This document shows positions 38,793-48,198 of a DNA stretch of 64,000 nt, piece after piece. The notes below the pieces were generated by a model. The model was not told the origin of the DNA. It saw nothing but the letters and a program-made list of their open reading frames with translations, and searched no databases. The position numbers and the translations under genes were made by a program. How positions within the stretch are numbered: position 1 is the first letter of the stretch; every line of letters begins with the position of its first letter. Origin of the DNA: Candidatus Dojkabacteria bacterium (GTDB lineage Bacteria; Patescibacteriota; Dojkabacteria; B142; WJKM01); NCBI GenBank assembly GCA_014729085.1, contig WJKM01000011.1, forward strand, positions 46,264 through 110,263, in the 5' to 3' direction.

Positions 38793-40265
38793 TCAATATA
38801 CAACAATATCCCCCTCTTTAAGTCCCTCCAATATTTGTGCGTCTGTATCACTTTGAATACCAATTTCAATTTTACGTCTTTCTATCTTATTTTCCTCGGT
38901 CTTAACCTGTACATAATATTTCCCATCCTCAATATCAAATGCTGATATAGGAATGTATAAAGCATTTTCCTCCTCTTTAATAACAAACTCTACGTTCGCA
39001 GTCATTCCAAGATATACATTATCTGGCCTCTCAAATGTAACATCCACGATATAAATTACTACACCGTCTTTAACAAGGGGATTAAGAGAAATCTTAGTCA
39101 CTTCTCCTTCAAAACTTTCATCAGGCAACCCATCAAATTCAACAATTGCTTTTTGTCCAACATACATATCTACAATATCAAGCTCATTTACCTCTGCTTC
39201 AACCTTAAATTTATCCATATCTACAAGTCTTACAGGTCGTGCCCCCATTTCACCACCCATATATATATCTCCTTCTTTAAATGGGATATCTATAATAGTT
39301 CCAGTAAAAGGAGCAATAATTTGCGCATTATCTAGATTATATTGCGCAATCTCTAAACTCGCTTGTGCTTGGTCTAATTGCCCACCATACGTTCCTCCAT
39401 CATAATATAAACCCGATTTTAACTGTTCTAATTGTAACTCCTCCATTTTGTAAGCTTTCTCAGCTTTCTCAAGCATAGTTTGTGATAATTCAGTTGAATC
39501 CTCAGCCCTGATCTTCGCCATTTCATATTCAAGCGCTGCTTGTTCAGTTTGAATTTCCTGTAATTCAATTTGACCTTCTAGAGAATCCAGCTGACTATCT
39601 TGAGATATTTCAGTCATCTCAGTCTGCTCCTCTGCCCAATCTTCAGAGCCTGGTGGCACTGTTTCTTCATATTCCTCAGAAACCTCAATTGCCTGGTCAG
39701 TTTCTTTCTTAGTATTTGAATAAGTTGTTTCTAAGTTATCTTCAGCTATGGTTGCCGATTCATATGCAAGTCCTGCCTGATCAAGAGTCGCGTCGTTTAG
39801 TTCTTGACTACTTTCGTAATCATGTCTTGCCTGATCAAGGTCTATACCGCTTAATGCGAGCTTCTCTTCTTGCAAATCAATTAGTTTAGGATCTTGAGAT
39901 CTAGAAAGCGTTGAGGATACTGAACGAACTTGCCCCTGTGAATTTTTAATCTGAGCTTCAAGTACTGTTGTATCAAGCTGAGCGATAATTTGTCCTTCTG
40001 CAACTTCTTGTCCTTCTTCCACTTCGATTTTCTCAACAATACCTGAGGGAATAAAGAACAAATCTTTATGTTTAACAGGCTGTATCGTTCCATTTGTTTC
40101 AATAGTTTCTTGAATATTACCTCTTTGCACCTCAATTTCTTCAAAGTCTTCATTTTTTTGAGCACCAGCCACTTTAATTATAACTCCAAGAATTATAAGA
40201 ACAATTAAAGTTCCAATAATCATTTTTTTTCTTTTTTTCCAAATTCTCTTAAACTTTTTCCGCAT
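38793..40265 (-). CDS. MacA/HlyD-type membrane fusion (adaptor) protein
   Basis: N-terminal TM, biotinyl-like G.V....V.EG..V..GQ, long coiled coil, IIAPF.G, GMTA.V, GL.EGD. Confidence 0.9.
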   Translation of the reverse strand: MRKKFKRIWKKRKKMIIGTLIVLIILGVIIKVAGAQKNEDFEEIEVQRGNIQETIETNGTIQPVKHKDLFFIPSGIVEKIEVEEGQEVAEGQIIAQLDTTVLEAQIKNSQGQVRSVSSTLSRSQDPKLIDLQEEKLALSGIDLDQARHDYESSQELNDATLDQAGLAYESATIAEDNLETTYSNTKKETDQAIEVSEEYEETVPPGSEDWAEEQTEMTEISQDSQLDSLEGQIELQEIQTEQAALEYEMAKIRAEDSTELSQTMLEKAEKAYKMEELQLEQLKSGLYYDGGTYGGQLDQAQASLEIAQYNLDNAQIIAPFTGTIIDIPFKEGDIYMGGEMGARPVRLVDMDKFKVEAEVNELDIVDMYVGQKAIVEFDGLPDESFEGEVTKISLNPLVKDGVVIYIVDVTFERPDNVYLGMTANVEFVIKEEENALYIPISAFDIEDGKYYVQVKTEENKIERRKIEIGIQSDTDAQILEGLKEGDIVVY

Positions 40266-40285
40266 TAATTACATTAAATTAAAAA

Positions 40286-41506
40286 TTATTCGTATCTTAA
40301 AGCATCAATAGGGTTTAACTTTGATGCTTTTTTTGCTGGATAAATACCAAAGACAAGTCCAATTATAATTGAAAATACCACTGCAAGTATAATAGAATCT
40401 ATATAAATACTCGAACCCAAACTCGCAAGCTTACTAAGTATTGTAGATAGTCCGACACCCAAGGCCATACCCCCTAACCCTCCTAACATTGTAACAATTA
40501 TTGATTCTGTTAAAAACTGAAATAAAATATCTCTATTTCTCGCTCCAAGTGATTTTCTTAAACCGATCTCTTTGGTTCTCTCTGTAATACTTACAAACAT
40601 TATATTCATAACCCCTATACCCCCAACCAATAAAGAGATAGCTGCAATTGCGGCTAAAAAAATAGTAAAAATCCCAGTCACCTGCTGTATAGTTTCCAGA
40701 AATTCACCCGCATCGCTTATTGAAAAAGTTTTATCATCTCCTTCTCTAATCCTCCTTATTTTACTAAAAATTTCATCTGCTTCTGTCTTAGCATACTCCA
40801 CAAGTTCAGGATCTTTTGCAGAAGCAATTATATATGCAATCTTATCTTTCTTTAATAAATATCTATAAAAAGCACTATATGGTACTATTATCACATCATC
40901 CTGATCTTGAAAAGATGAAGACCCTTTAGATTCAAATACTCCAACAACTTGAAAATTTACATTTCCAACTTTGATATCTTTTCCAATTGGATCCTCATCT
41001 TCAAATAGGGTATCTGCCACCTTCGGCCCTATTGTGGTAACTTTTTTATACTGATCCATGTCCTGCTGATTAACCATTCTTCCAATATCAGCTTTATACT
41101 CCATCAAATCTATATAACTTCCACTTGTGTATGAATTTAATTCTATAAACTTATCTTTTGTTAGATACTTAGCATTATACATCCCAAAAGCCCCAGCTGT
41201 GGCCTTATCAATATATCTTTTTGAATATCTTTCAAATTGCTCGATTTCGTTTAAAGTAAAATTATCTGTAAGGCCTGGAGGACCACTAAAGCTACCCTCT
41301 CTATTTCCAGGCAGGATATATATATTATCCGAACCAAATGATTCAAAACTGGATTCAATCCAATCTTGTGCTGCTTTACCCACTCCAAGTAATGTAAGGA
41401 TGGATGCAACACCTATAATAATACCTAAAGTAGTCAACAAAGTCCTCGTCTTGTTAGACCAAAGTGAATCTAGTGCTATTTTTACGTAACCCCAGAAATA
41501 CTGCAT
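40286..41506 (-). CDS. MacB/FtsX-type ABC permease
   Basis: RT.LT.LGIIIGV, ISLLVGGIGVMNIM..S..ERTKEIG.RK..GA, PI.ALRYE. Confidence 0.93.
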   Translation of the reverse strand: MQYFWGYVKIALDSLWSNKTRTLLTTLGIIIGVASILTLLGVGKAAQDWIESSFESFGSDNIYILPGNREGSFSGPPGLTDNFTLNEIEQFERYSKRYIDKATAGAFGMYNAKYLTKDKFIELNSYTSGSYIDLMEYKADIGRMVNQQDMDQYKKVTTIGPKVADTLFEDEDPIGKDIKVGNVNFQVVGVFESKGSSSFQDQDDVIIVPYSAFYRYLLKKDKIAYIIASAKDPELVEYAKTEADEIFSKIRRIREGDDKTFSISDAGEFLETIQQVTGIFTIFLAAIAAISLLVGGIGVMNIMFVSITERTKEIGLRKSLGARNRDILFQFLTESIIVTMLGGLGGMALGVGLSTILSKLASLGSSIYIDSIILAVVFSIIIGLVFGIYPAKKASKLNPIDALRYE

Positions 41507-41529
41507 AATTGTAAATTAAAGATCATAAA

Positions 41530-42240
41530 TTATTTAATTTTTTCTAAATCCATCTCCTTCTTGTTAATAAACCTGTCCTCAATTAAACCGTCCTTTAAGT
41601 ATACGGTTTCATTTGCATATTTTGCTATATGATTTTCATGTGTAATTATTACTATCGTTTTACCCTCGTCATGAATTGTCTCAAATATTTCCATAACTTG
41701 GCCTCCTGTTTTAGTATCAAGATTGCCAGTAGGTTCATCTGCCAAAATGATGGATGGATCCATAACTAAACTTCGAGCTATAGCTACTCTCTGTACTTGC
41801 CCACCTGAAAGTTGGTTTGGTTTATTTTTTAATTTATCTTCCAATCCGACTTTCTTAAGTACATCAATAGCCCTGTGCTTCCATTCTTTTTTAGATACAT
41901 GCGAATATAGAAAAGGTAGCATCACATTATCAAGAACAGAAATCTTAGGCAACAAGTTAAATGCTTGAAAAACAAATCCTATCCTCTCATTCCTAATTCC
42001 GGATAATTCATCATCATCTAATTTTCGAATATCTATTCCATCCAAAAGATATTTACCTTCGGTCGGTACATCCAAACAACCTAAAATATGGAGCATCGTA
42101 GATTTACCACTGCCTGAAGGTCCCATTATTGAAATAAAATCTCCTTTACGAACAATTAAATCAATCCCCTTCAATGCTTCATAAGATGTGTCGCCGGTGA
42201 TATATGTTTTTTTTAAGTCCTGTAATTCAATTAATTTCAT
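41530..42240 (-). CDS. ABC transporter ATP-binding protein (LolD/MacB type)
   Basis: [28 protein letters not shown]. Confidence 0.95.
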   Translation of the reverse strand: MKLIELQDLKKTYITGDTSYEALKGIDLIVRKGDFISIMGPSGSGKSTMLHILGCLDVPTEGKYLLDGIDIRKLDDDELSGIRNERIGFVFQAFNLLPKISVLDNVMLPFLYSHVSKKEWKHRAIDVLKKVGLEDKLKNKPNQLSGGQVQRVAIARSLVMDPSIILADEPTGNLDTKTGGQVMEIFETIHDEGKTIVIITHENHIAKYANETVYLKDGLIEDRFINKKEMDLEKIK

Positions 42241-42692
42241 TTTTGCTTCATATTATTTAATTTTTCCTGAGCAGCATTAGCCATTTTTTCAGCTATTGTA
42301 ATCAAATTCTTTTTTTCTTTTTCCGAAAGAGAACTAATTATACTTTTGAATGTATTCATCTTATCTTTGAAAAATCTTTTTATCATTTTGTTTGCTTCTT
42401 TTGATAATCTCACCTTTACTACTCTTCTGTCATTTATATCGTTATATCTTTCAACTAATCCTTTTTTCTTAAGAACAGTAATTTGCTGAGTCATTGAAGC
42501 AGGTTTAACCATAAACTGCTTAGCTAAATCACTCATCTTTAAACCATTTGAATGGGAAATATGATACAAAATCCTTGTCTGCAAAATTGTCAAGTCCCAT
42601 TCCTCATCACAAGTCCTACCAATCATCGAAATACGACGCGATACTTTAAAAAAAGCCATCATTATTTTTTGATCAACATCATTCGGAGACAT
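42237..42692 (-). CDS. MarR family transcriptional regulator
   Basis: LT..Q..IL, SDLA, GLVER..D..DRR. Confidence 0.9.
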   Translation of the reverse strand: MSPNDVDQKIMMAFFKVSRRISMIGRTCDEEWDLTILQTRILYHISHSNGLKMSDLAKQFMVKPASMTQQITVLKKKGLVERYNDINDRRVVKVRLSKEANKMIKRFFKDKMNTFKSIISSLSEKEKKNLITIAEKMANAAQEKLNNMKQK

Positions 42693-42696
42693 ATAT

Positions 42697-42771
42697 ATTA
42701 ACTAACCAAATTATTAATCTACCTAAATATTAGATAATCTAAGTATAAAATATTTTCAAATATTTAGTCAA
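42697..42771 (-). promoter_or_regulatory. Promoter of the MarR-ABC operon with putative MarR operators
   Basis: Minus-strand TTGACT-18bp-TATACT, followed by palindrome TTAGATAATCTAA (42730-42742) and two degenerate copies at 16-bp period. Confidence 0.6.
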
Positions 42772-42838
42772 AGATTATTATTTCTTGACTTAACCTGCTT
42801 CTCTTAAAAAGGTATAATCTGCTTTATCAATAATCAAG

Positions 42839-43729
42839 ATGTTTAATTGGATAACTTATGCTTTTGCAAGTGTCTCCTCCCTTGCAACAAAAGACATTTT
42901 ACAAAAAAAGATAGCTAAAAAAAATGGTGTCTATTCAATATTATCTGTACAAAATTTCTTCTCTCTTATAATCAGCTTAATAATTGCGCTATTTCTTGGA
43001 ATAAGTCTTACTCTAGACAGAGAAGGATTAATATTCTGCCTTATAGCACTCTTACAATCAATTGGATCCATTGGCAAAGCCAATGCAATAGATGTCAATA
43101 TGTCTGCCACATCCATTGTGAACTCATTCTCACCCATCTTTCCAATAATACTTGCCTTTATTTTCCTAAACGAATTTGTTTACTTCAATCCTAGGTCATT
43201 AGAAGGATTAATTAGAATATTTACATTAATCCTTCTCCCAATTGTAATATTGCTTCTAAAATCGAATAAACTGGGAAGGAAAGGAAAAACAAATGCATTC
43301 TGGATTATTAATATCCTTTTACAGCTAGTTTTTCATGGTTTGACGACTTTTTTAAATAAATACTATCTTGATTTTAATAATATTTGGAAAAATATAGTTT
43401 ATACAAGGATTGTGACTTTCATAGTATCTTCTCTATTTATGTTAATGAAGAAAGAAAAGTGGGAAAGAACGCCCAAATTTTTAGGTAAAGGTTTTTTAAA
43501 CGGATCACTTATAATTTTTTCAGCATCCACACATAGAACTGCTGTCGTTCTATCCCCACTCAGCATCTATCAAACATTTAGAAAACCTTTATTAATAATT
43601 TTCTCTACCCTTGCCGGTATGCAAATTTTCAAGGAAGGAAAAAAACTTAATAAAAAGCAGATAGCTGGATTCATTTTAGGATTGATAAGTTTATTGTTTA
43701 TTATATTTACAAGTTTACAATTAAAATAA
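42839..43729 (+). CDS. EamA/DMT-like transporter
   Basis: About 10 TM; FL.E and FKE motifs closing each repeat. Confidence 0.7.
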   Translation: MFNWITYAFASVSSLATKDILQKKIAKKNGVYSILSVQNFFSLIISLIIALFLGISLTLDREGLIFCLIALLQSIGSIGKANAIDVNMSATSIVNSFSPIFPIILAFIFLNEFVYFNPRSLEGLIRIFTLILLPIVILLLKSNKLGRKGKTNAFWIINILLQLVFHGLTTFLNKYYLDFNNIWKNIVYTRIVTFIVSSLFMLMKKEKWERTPKFLGKGFLNGSLIIFSASTHRTAVVLSPLSIYQTFRKPLLIIFSTLAGMQIFKEGKKLNKKQIAGFILGLISLLFIIFTSLQLK

Positions 43730-43737
43730 ATTCAGTA

Positions 43738-44502
43738 ATGATGAAACTAATCACACTAAACTGCCAACGGGCTTATCGGAAAAAGAGTATCTCGAAATAT
43801 CTACAGAGTGTTATAGAAAAAACAGAACATGATTTTATCTGTTTGCAGGAGGTAAATTCGGAGATGAGAGCAATATTAAAACAATTAATTCAATCTTCAA
43901 AAAAATATCAACTCCTCGATAGTAAGGATGTTCAAAATGGGAAGATTACCGAATCCGCAATAATATATTTAAATAAATATAAAATTCGCGATCAAGGAGT
44001 GCTTTCTTTTCTAAAAAAACAACATAAAGATTCAAAGGCACATGGACTGTTGTATGGGGTATTCAAATATAAAGATAAAACCTTTTGGATAGGATCAATA
44101 CACTTACCTGCCGGTATCAAAATTTTTCAAAGAATAAAGGCTCTTAAAAATACAATGGTTTTACTGAGGACACTTGAAGAAATAAAATCTACGATTAAAA
44201 TCATTGGTGGAGATTTTAATACTGGCTGGTTTGAAGATATTCTGTTCCAAGACAAAATACTAAAGCCTGAATTTAAACGTTTTTCAGATTACCAGTCTGG
44301 CTCTTTTAGTAGTAAATATCTAGAAGACACAAGCCTGATGTATAAAATCTACGGTTATCTTGGAAAGTTAAATATATATGTATCATTTAAAACCGACAAA
44401 TTCTATATAGATCTGAATTCGTACGGTCAATATAAAACTAAAGTGAAAAATATTGATGTTGTAGTCTCTGATCACCGACCAATTGAATTAATCCTGAAGT
44501 AG
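43738..44502 (+). CDS. Endonuclease/exonuclease/phosphatase (EEP) family protein
   Basis: TLN, CLQEV, HL, GGDFN, D, SDHRP. Confidence 0.9.
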   Translation: MMKLITLNCQRAYRKKSISKYLQSVIEKTEHDFICLQEVNSEMRAILKQLIQSSKKYQLLDSKDVQNGKITESAIIYLNKYKIRDQGVLSFLKKQHKDSKAHGLLYGVFKYKDKTFWIGSIHLPAGIKIFQRIKALKNTMVLLRTLEEIKSTIKIIGGDFNTGWFEDILFQDKILKPEFKRFSDYQSGSFSSKYLEDTSLMYKIYGYLGKLNIYVSFKTDKFYIDLNSYGQYKTKVKNIDVVVSDHRPIELILK

Positions 44503-44517
44503 TTTTTGGATTTACAA

Positions 44518-44697
44518 CTATTCTCTTTTTTCAAGGCCTTCCTCCTTTTTTGATATATCCCAATTCTGGTCCATCTCCTGTTCATCTCCTTCTGCATATA
44601 AATCCTCTCCTTTTATATCTAGATCTTCGCCTCCCCATCCTTTCTCATATGTCATAACAAAGACTCCTGACATATAAAATAAACTTCCGTGTCTCAT
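44518..44697 (-). CDS. Possible 59-aa acidic small protein or gene remnant
   Basis: MRHGSLFYMSGVFVMTYEKGWGGEDLDIKGEDLYAEGDEQEMDQNWDISKKEEGLEKRE*; purine-rich, coding-like. Confidence 0.35.
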   Translation of the reverse strand: MRHGSLFYMSGVFVMTYEKGWGGEDLDIKGEDLYAEGDEQEMDQNWDISKKEEGLEKRE

Positions 44698-44750
44698 TAT
44701 ATCTAAATTTATGGTATTGTCTACATAAAAGATACTAACTTAGCATTACC

Positions 44751-44779
44751 TTGATATTCATTAATGTAATGAGTATACT
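44751..44779 (+). promoter_or_regulatory. Sigma70-type promoter upstream of the 16-codon Cys peptide
   Basis: TTGATA-17bp-TATACT. Confidence 0.55.
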
Positions 44780-44809
44780 TAACCGTAGATAACTTATTAC
44801 CTGAAACAT

Positions 44810-44860
44810 ATGTGTGATTCATGCGGATGTGGAGAATCAAATACAGAAGACGAAGAATAG
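44810..44860 (+). CDS. Putative 16-aa metal-binding peptide MCDSCGCGESNTEDEE
   Basis: ATG..TAG ORF with MCxxCGCG motif, 30 nt downstream of the -10 box. Confidence 0.5.
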   Translation: MCDSCGCGESNTEDEE

Positions 44861-44871
44861 ATTAACTTTAT

Positions 44872-45363
44872 CTATAAATCTTCACCCTTTAAAAAAGAAT
44901 AAAATCCTGAAGTAATTACCCCTAGAATAAGAAAGATGAGCAGAGGTAGAATAGTTGCATAAAAAATTTGGCCTAAAGTAATGGATGATAAGTATTGTAA
45001 GGTAAACATTTCTCCAAAAGGATTGACAAAAAATTTACCATATATATAGTCAATTACACTACCTGCGAATTTAACGCCATATTGGATAATCCAAAAAAAT
45101 AAGGCATATAGAAAGCCTGCGATCCAAAATTTTGGCTGGAAAACAGATCTCACGACAATAAAGGGGAGTACGAAAATTATGGTATTAAAAAAGCTAATAA
45201 TTATAGTTTTGATAACAAAAAAACTTATATCAAAATTTGTCTCTACTCCAAAATTTGATGCTATTCTCCAATTTATATACACTGTCATTAATAAATAAAT
45301 CAGGAAAACTGGAACGCACAAAATTATTATCTTTTTGATACCTATCTCCTTCAATTGCTTCAT
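44872..45363 (-). CDS. Hypothetical 4-TM membrane protein
   Basis: Four hydrophobic segments. Confidence 0.7.
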   Translation of the reverse strand: MKQLKEIGIKKIIILCVPVFLIYLLMTVYINWRIASNFGVETNFDISFFVIKTIIISFFNTIIFVLPFIVVRSVFQPKFWIAGFLYALFFWIIQYGVKFAGSVIDYIYGKFFVNPFGEMFTLQYLSSITLGQIFYATILPLLIFLILGVITSGFYSFLKGEDL

Positions 45364-45373
45364 AAAATGATTT

Positions 45374-45874
45374 TTAGAATTTATATCCTATTGTCCTTAA
45401 AAATTGGTTTCTTTCTTTTTTATCTTTTGTTTTCTCCACCTTATCGGTTGCTTCTCCGTCTACTACACCTAGAATAGCCCGCCCCTGCTCCGTTTCTGCT
45501 ATAACAACCTGTACAGGATTAGCTGTAGCACAAAAAATTCGACATACCTCTGGGACGTGCCTTACATCTTTCAATATGCTTATTGGAAATGTATCTTTCA
45601 GAAAAATCACAAAGCTATGTCCAGCTTTGATTTTTTTTGCATTTTCAATTGCAAGTTTCTCCATCTCTTTATCCGTGCTTGAATATCTAATTAACTTAGG
45701 GCCACTTGCCTCGCAAAAAGCCAAACCGAACTTTATCCCCGGAACCGATCCTACCAATGCTTCATGAATATCTTCAACAGATTTTATAAAATGGGTCATT
45801 CCAATAATTACATTTACACTCATATCCCCTTCCGGTCTTTGAACTTTTACAGTAGAAAGATTTAATTCCGACAT
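45374..45874 (-). CDS. Adenosine-specific kinase family (DUF355)
   Basis: HFIKSVED..EAL, FGLAFCEASG, GHSF, PEVC.IFCATANP, GR.ILGVVDG, IGYK. Confidence 0.9.
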   Translation of the reverse strand: MSELNLSTVKVQRPEGDMSVNVIIGMTHFIKSVEDIHEALVGSVPGIKFGLAFCEASGPKLIRYSSTDKEMEKLAIENAKKIKAGHSFVIFLKDTFPISILKDVRHVPEVCRIFCATANPVQVVIAETEQGRAILGVVDGEATDKVEKTKDKKERNQFLRTIGYKF

Positions 45875-46046
45875 ATTTATAATATAAAAACTTATACTTG
45901 AACTATTAAATTATACAGGAATTTATTTGGGGATTTTGAGAAAACTCATTCTTCTGCTTAAACAAATCAGAGAATCTACTTCATTATGTTTCCACTCAAC
46001 TCATTAAATATAAAAATATACTCAAAAACGATATGTCATTAAATTT

Positions 46047-46262
46047 TCATTGTTTTACAAAAGGACATTTCCCGGTCGCACAAGGTGGTTGCTTGGCTTT
46101 CTTTGCATTGGAATCACCGGCAATATTCGGGACGGAAAAAATTCTGTCCATTTCTTTTGACTCACATTCTGGACACTCTAATTTGGAACCATTCTCAAAG
46201 CCCATAGGAAGGTCAAACTCGCTGATAACATGACATTTTTTACATTTAAAATCATACCGCAT
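46047..46262 (-). CDS. FmdB-family zinc-ribbon protein
   Basis: Y.FKCKKC...CPECES....R.FS; C-terminal C..G.CP. Confidence 0.85.
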   Translation of the reverse strand: MRYDFKCKKCHVISEFDLPMGFENGSKLECPECESKEMDRIFSVPNIAGDSNAKKAKQPPCATGKCPFVKQ

Positions 46263-46279
46263 TTTGCGTAAATATAAAT

Positions 46280-46513
46280 TTATTTCTCTTGAGAGTCCTT
46301 ATTAGACTTCATATTTTTCTTCTCCTTATATTTTTTATATGCTCCATAACCAAGTAGCAATGGGGCCCCGACAACACACAAAGGACAAGCTGTTCCTAGC
46401 AAAACAAGTTCACCAGCAGCAACGGCACCTAACGCCCCACCCGCAAGCAAAGATGCATCTGCAGAATTGTCTTTATGAGGTGATTCGGTATTGTCTTTCT
46501 GAATTTCTTCCAT
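46280..46513 (-). CDS. Small membrane protein with CPLC motif
   Basis: Gly/Ala-rich TM hairpin containing GTACPLCVVG. Confidence 0.6.
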   Translation of the reverse strand: MEEIQKDNTESPHKDNSADASLLAGGALGAVAAGELVLLGTACPLCVVGAPLLLGYGAYKKYKEKKNMKSNKDSQEK

Positions 46514-46541
46514 ATCAATAATAAATTAAAAATTGAACTAC

Positions 46542-47813
46542 CTACTTCATTGCATCAACTACCTTGCTTACCGCCAAAATATAGGCTCCCATACGCATAT
46601 CTGTATCATAACTTTCCATAGTGTCCCAAACTTTATCAAATGCAGGAACAATTTTATCTTTGAGTTTCCCTAGGACTTCTTCTTTACTCCACTCTTTTCC
46701 CTCCTTGTTTTGAACCCACTCAAAATACGAAACCGTAACACCGCCAGAATTAGCAAGTACATCCGGCACAACTAAAGTTTTCTTTCTTCTTAAAATTTCA
46801 TCTGCTTCTGGAGTAACTGGTCCATTAGCCATTTCTATTACATATTCAGCTTTTACTTTATCAGCATTATCTTCAGTAATTACATTCTCAACTGCAGCTG
46901 GAACTAAGACATTCACATCAAGCTCTATAAGTTCATTATTATTGATTTGTTTACCTCCGTTGAAACCTTCATAACTTCCTTTTTCATTTTTATAATCTAA
47001 GGCTTTTTTGACATTCAGACCATCTTTATTGTATATGGCACTTTTAGAATCACTGAGTGCTACAACTTTATAACCCTCTTGTGCTGCTAGCGTAGCAAAA
47101 TAATATCCAACATTGCCTGACCCCTGAACAGCAACAGAGGTATTTTCTGGATCTAGATTCCTTTTCTCACTTAACCTGTTCAATACATATACTCCACCTT
47201 GTCCAGTAGCTTCTGTTCTACCCTGAGAACCGCCTGCCTCAATTGGTTTTCCGGTAATGACTGCAGGTGACTCTTTACCAACTAGGTCGGAATATTCTTC
47301 CACCATCCAAGCCATAATTTCTGGAGTTGTATACATATCCGGTGCTGGTACGTCCTGATCAGGGCCTATATGTTTATGAATCTGTCTGATATAAGATCTG
47401 GATAAACGTTCAATTTCTTCTTTTGATAATTCTTTGGTGTTCACTTCTACTCCTCCTTTACCTCCTCCAAATGGGATATCAGCTACTGCACATTTCCAAG
47501 TCATCCACATAGATAAAGCTTTTACCTCAGATTCATTGACTTGAGGGCTGAAACGTATTCCCCCCTTGTATGGCCCACGAGCATCATTATGCTGAGAACG
47601 AAAGCCTTTGAAAGTCTTAACAGATCCATCATCCATCTCTACAGGCACATCAACTTTAATTAAATTATCCGGAGAAGACAACGTTTCTACAATCTCAGAT
47701 TCTAAGTTTAATATCTCTCCAACTTTCTCGAGTTGCTTTACTGCATTAGTAAATGGATCGTGTAAAGACTCTTTGTGGGATTTTTTTTCTTGATTTGGCA
47801 TTGGTACCTCCAT
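46542..47813 (-). CDS. gdhA: Glu/Leu/Phe/Val dehydrogenase (glutamate dehydrogenase)
   Basis: RGPYKGGIRF, MTWKCA, GGGKGG, DVPAPD, TGKP...GGS.GR..ATG.G, ANSGGVTVSYFEW. Confidence 0.93.
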   Translation of the reverse strand: MEVPMPNQEKKSHKESLHDPFTNAVKQLEKVGEILNLESEIVETLSSPDNLIKVDVPVEMDDGSVKTFKGFRSQHNDARGPYKGGIRFSPQVNESEVKALSMWMTWKCAVADIPFGGGKGGVEVNTKELSKEEIERLSRSYIRQIHKHIGPDQDVPAPDMYTTPEIMAWMVEEYSDLVGKESPAVITGKPIEAGGSQGRTEATGQGGVYVLNRLSEKRNLDPENTSVAVQGSGNVGYYFATLAAQEGYKVVALSDSKSAIYNKDGLNVKKALDYKNEKGSYEGFNGGKQINNNELIELDVNVLVPAAVENVITEDNADKVKAEYVIEMANGPVTPEADEILRRKKTLVVPDVLANSGGVTVSYFEWVQNKEGKEWSKEEVLGKLKDKIVPAFDKVWDTMESYDTDMRMGAYILAVSKVVDAMK

Positions 47814-47826
47814 AAAATTTTAATTT

Positions 47827-48090
47827 TTAAATTAACTCTACGATTTTTAAGATTTTCTCAACAAAATCTCGCTTACGTGCAGATAAAGTATACTCCTTTT
47901 TTTTACCGCATTTCACTTCATCTATAAAGCCTTCTTCTCTTAATTTTTTAACATGATAAGAAAGTAAATTTTTAGGAATTTCTAATTTCTCAATAAGTTC
48001 ACATCCACATTGCCCGTTTTCTAAGCATTTATAGAGAGCATGCAAAATCAATAATCTGTTTTTTTCAAAAAGCCACAAATTTTTTACCAT
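47827..48090 (-). CDS. ArsR/SmtB family transcriptional regulator
   Basis: NRL.IL, CGCEL, LLSYH.K.LR..G. Confidence 0.88.
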   Translation of the reverse strand: MVKNLWLFEKNRLLILHALYKCLENGQCGCELIEKLEIPKNLLSYHVKKLREEGFIDEVKCGKKKEYTLSARKRDFVEKILKIVELI

Positions 48091-48099
48091 AACAAAATC

Positions 48100-48148
48100 A
48101 GTTCAATCTAGATTGAACTATTTTACTACTATTCTCCATATTTGTCAA
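48100..48148 (-). promoter_or_regulatory. ArsR operon promoter and operator
   Basis: Minus-strand TTGACA-17bp-TAAAAT immediately followed by perfect 20-bp palindrome AGTTCAATCTAGATTGAACT (48100-48119). Confidence 0.8.
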
Positions 48149-48174
48149 AACAGCAGAAAAACTTTCTGCTGTTT
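48147..48174 (-). terminator. Intrinsic terminator after the AraC gene
   Basis: AAACAGCAGAAA...TTTCTGCTGTTT stem ending in T-run on the minus strand. Confidence 0.6.
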
Positions 48175-48198
48175 ACGACTTTACAATAATTTTAAAAT

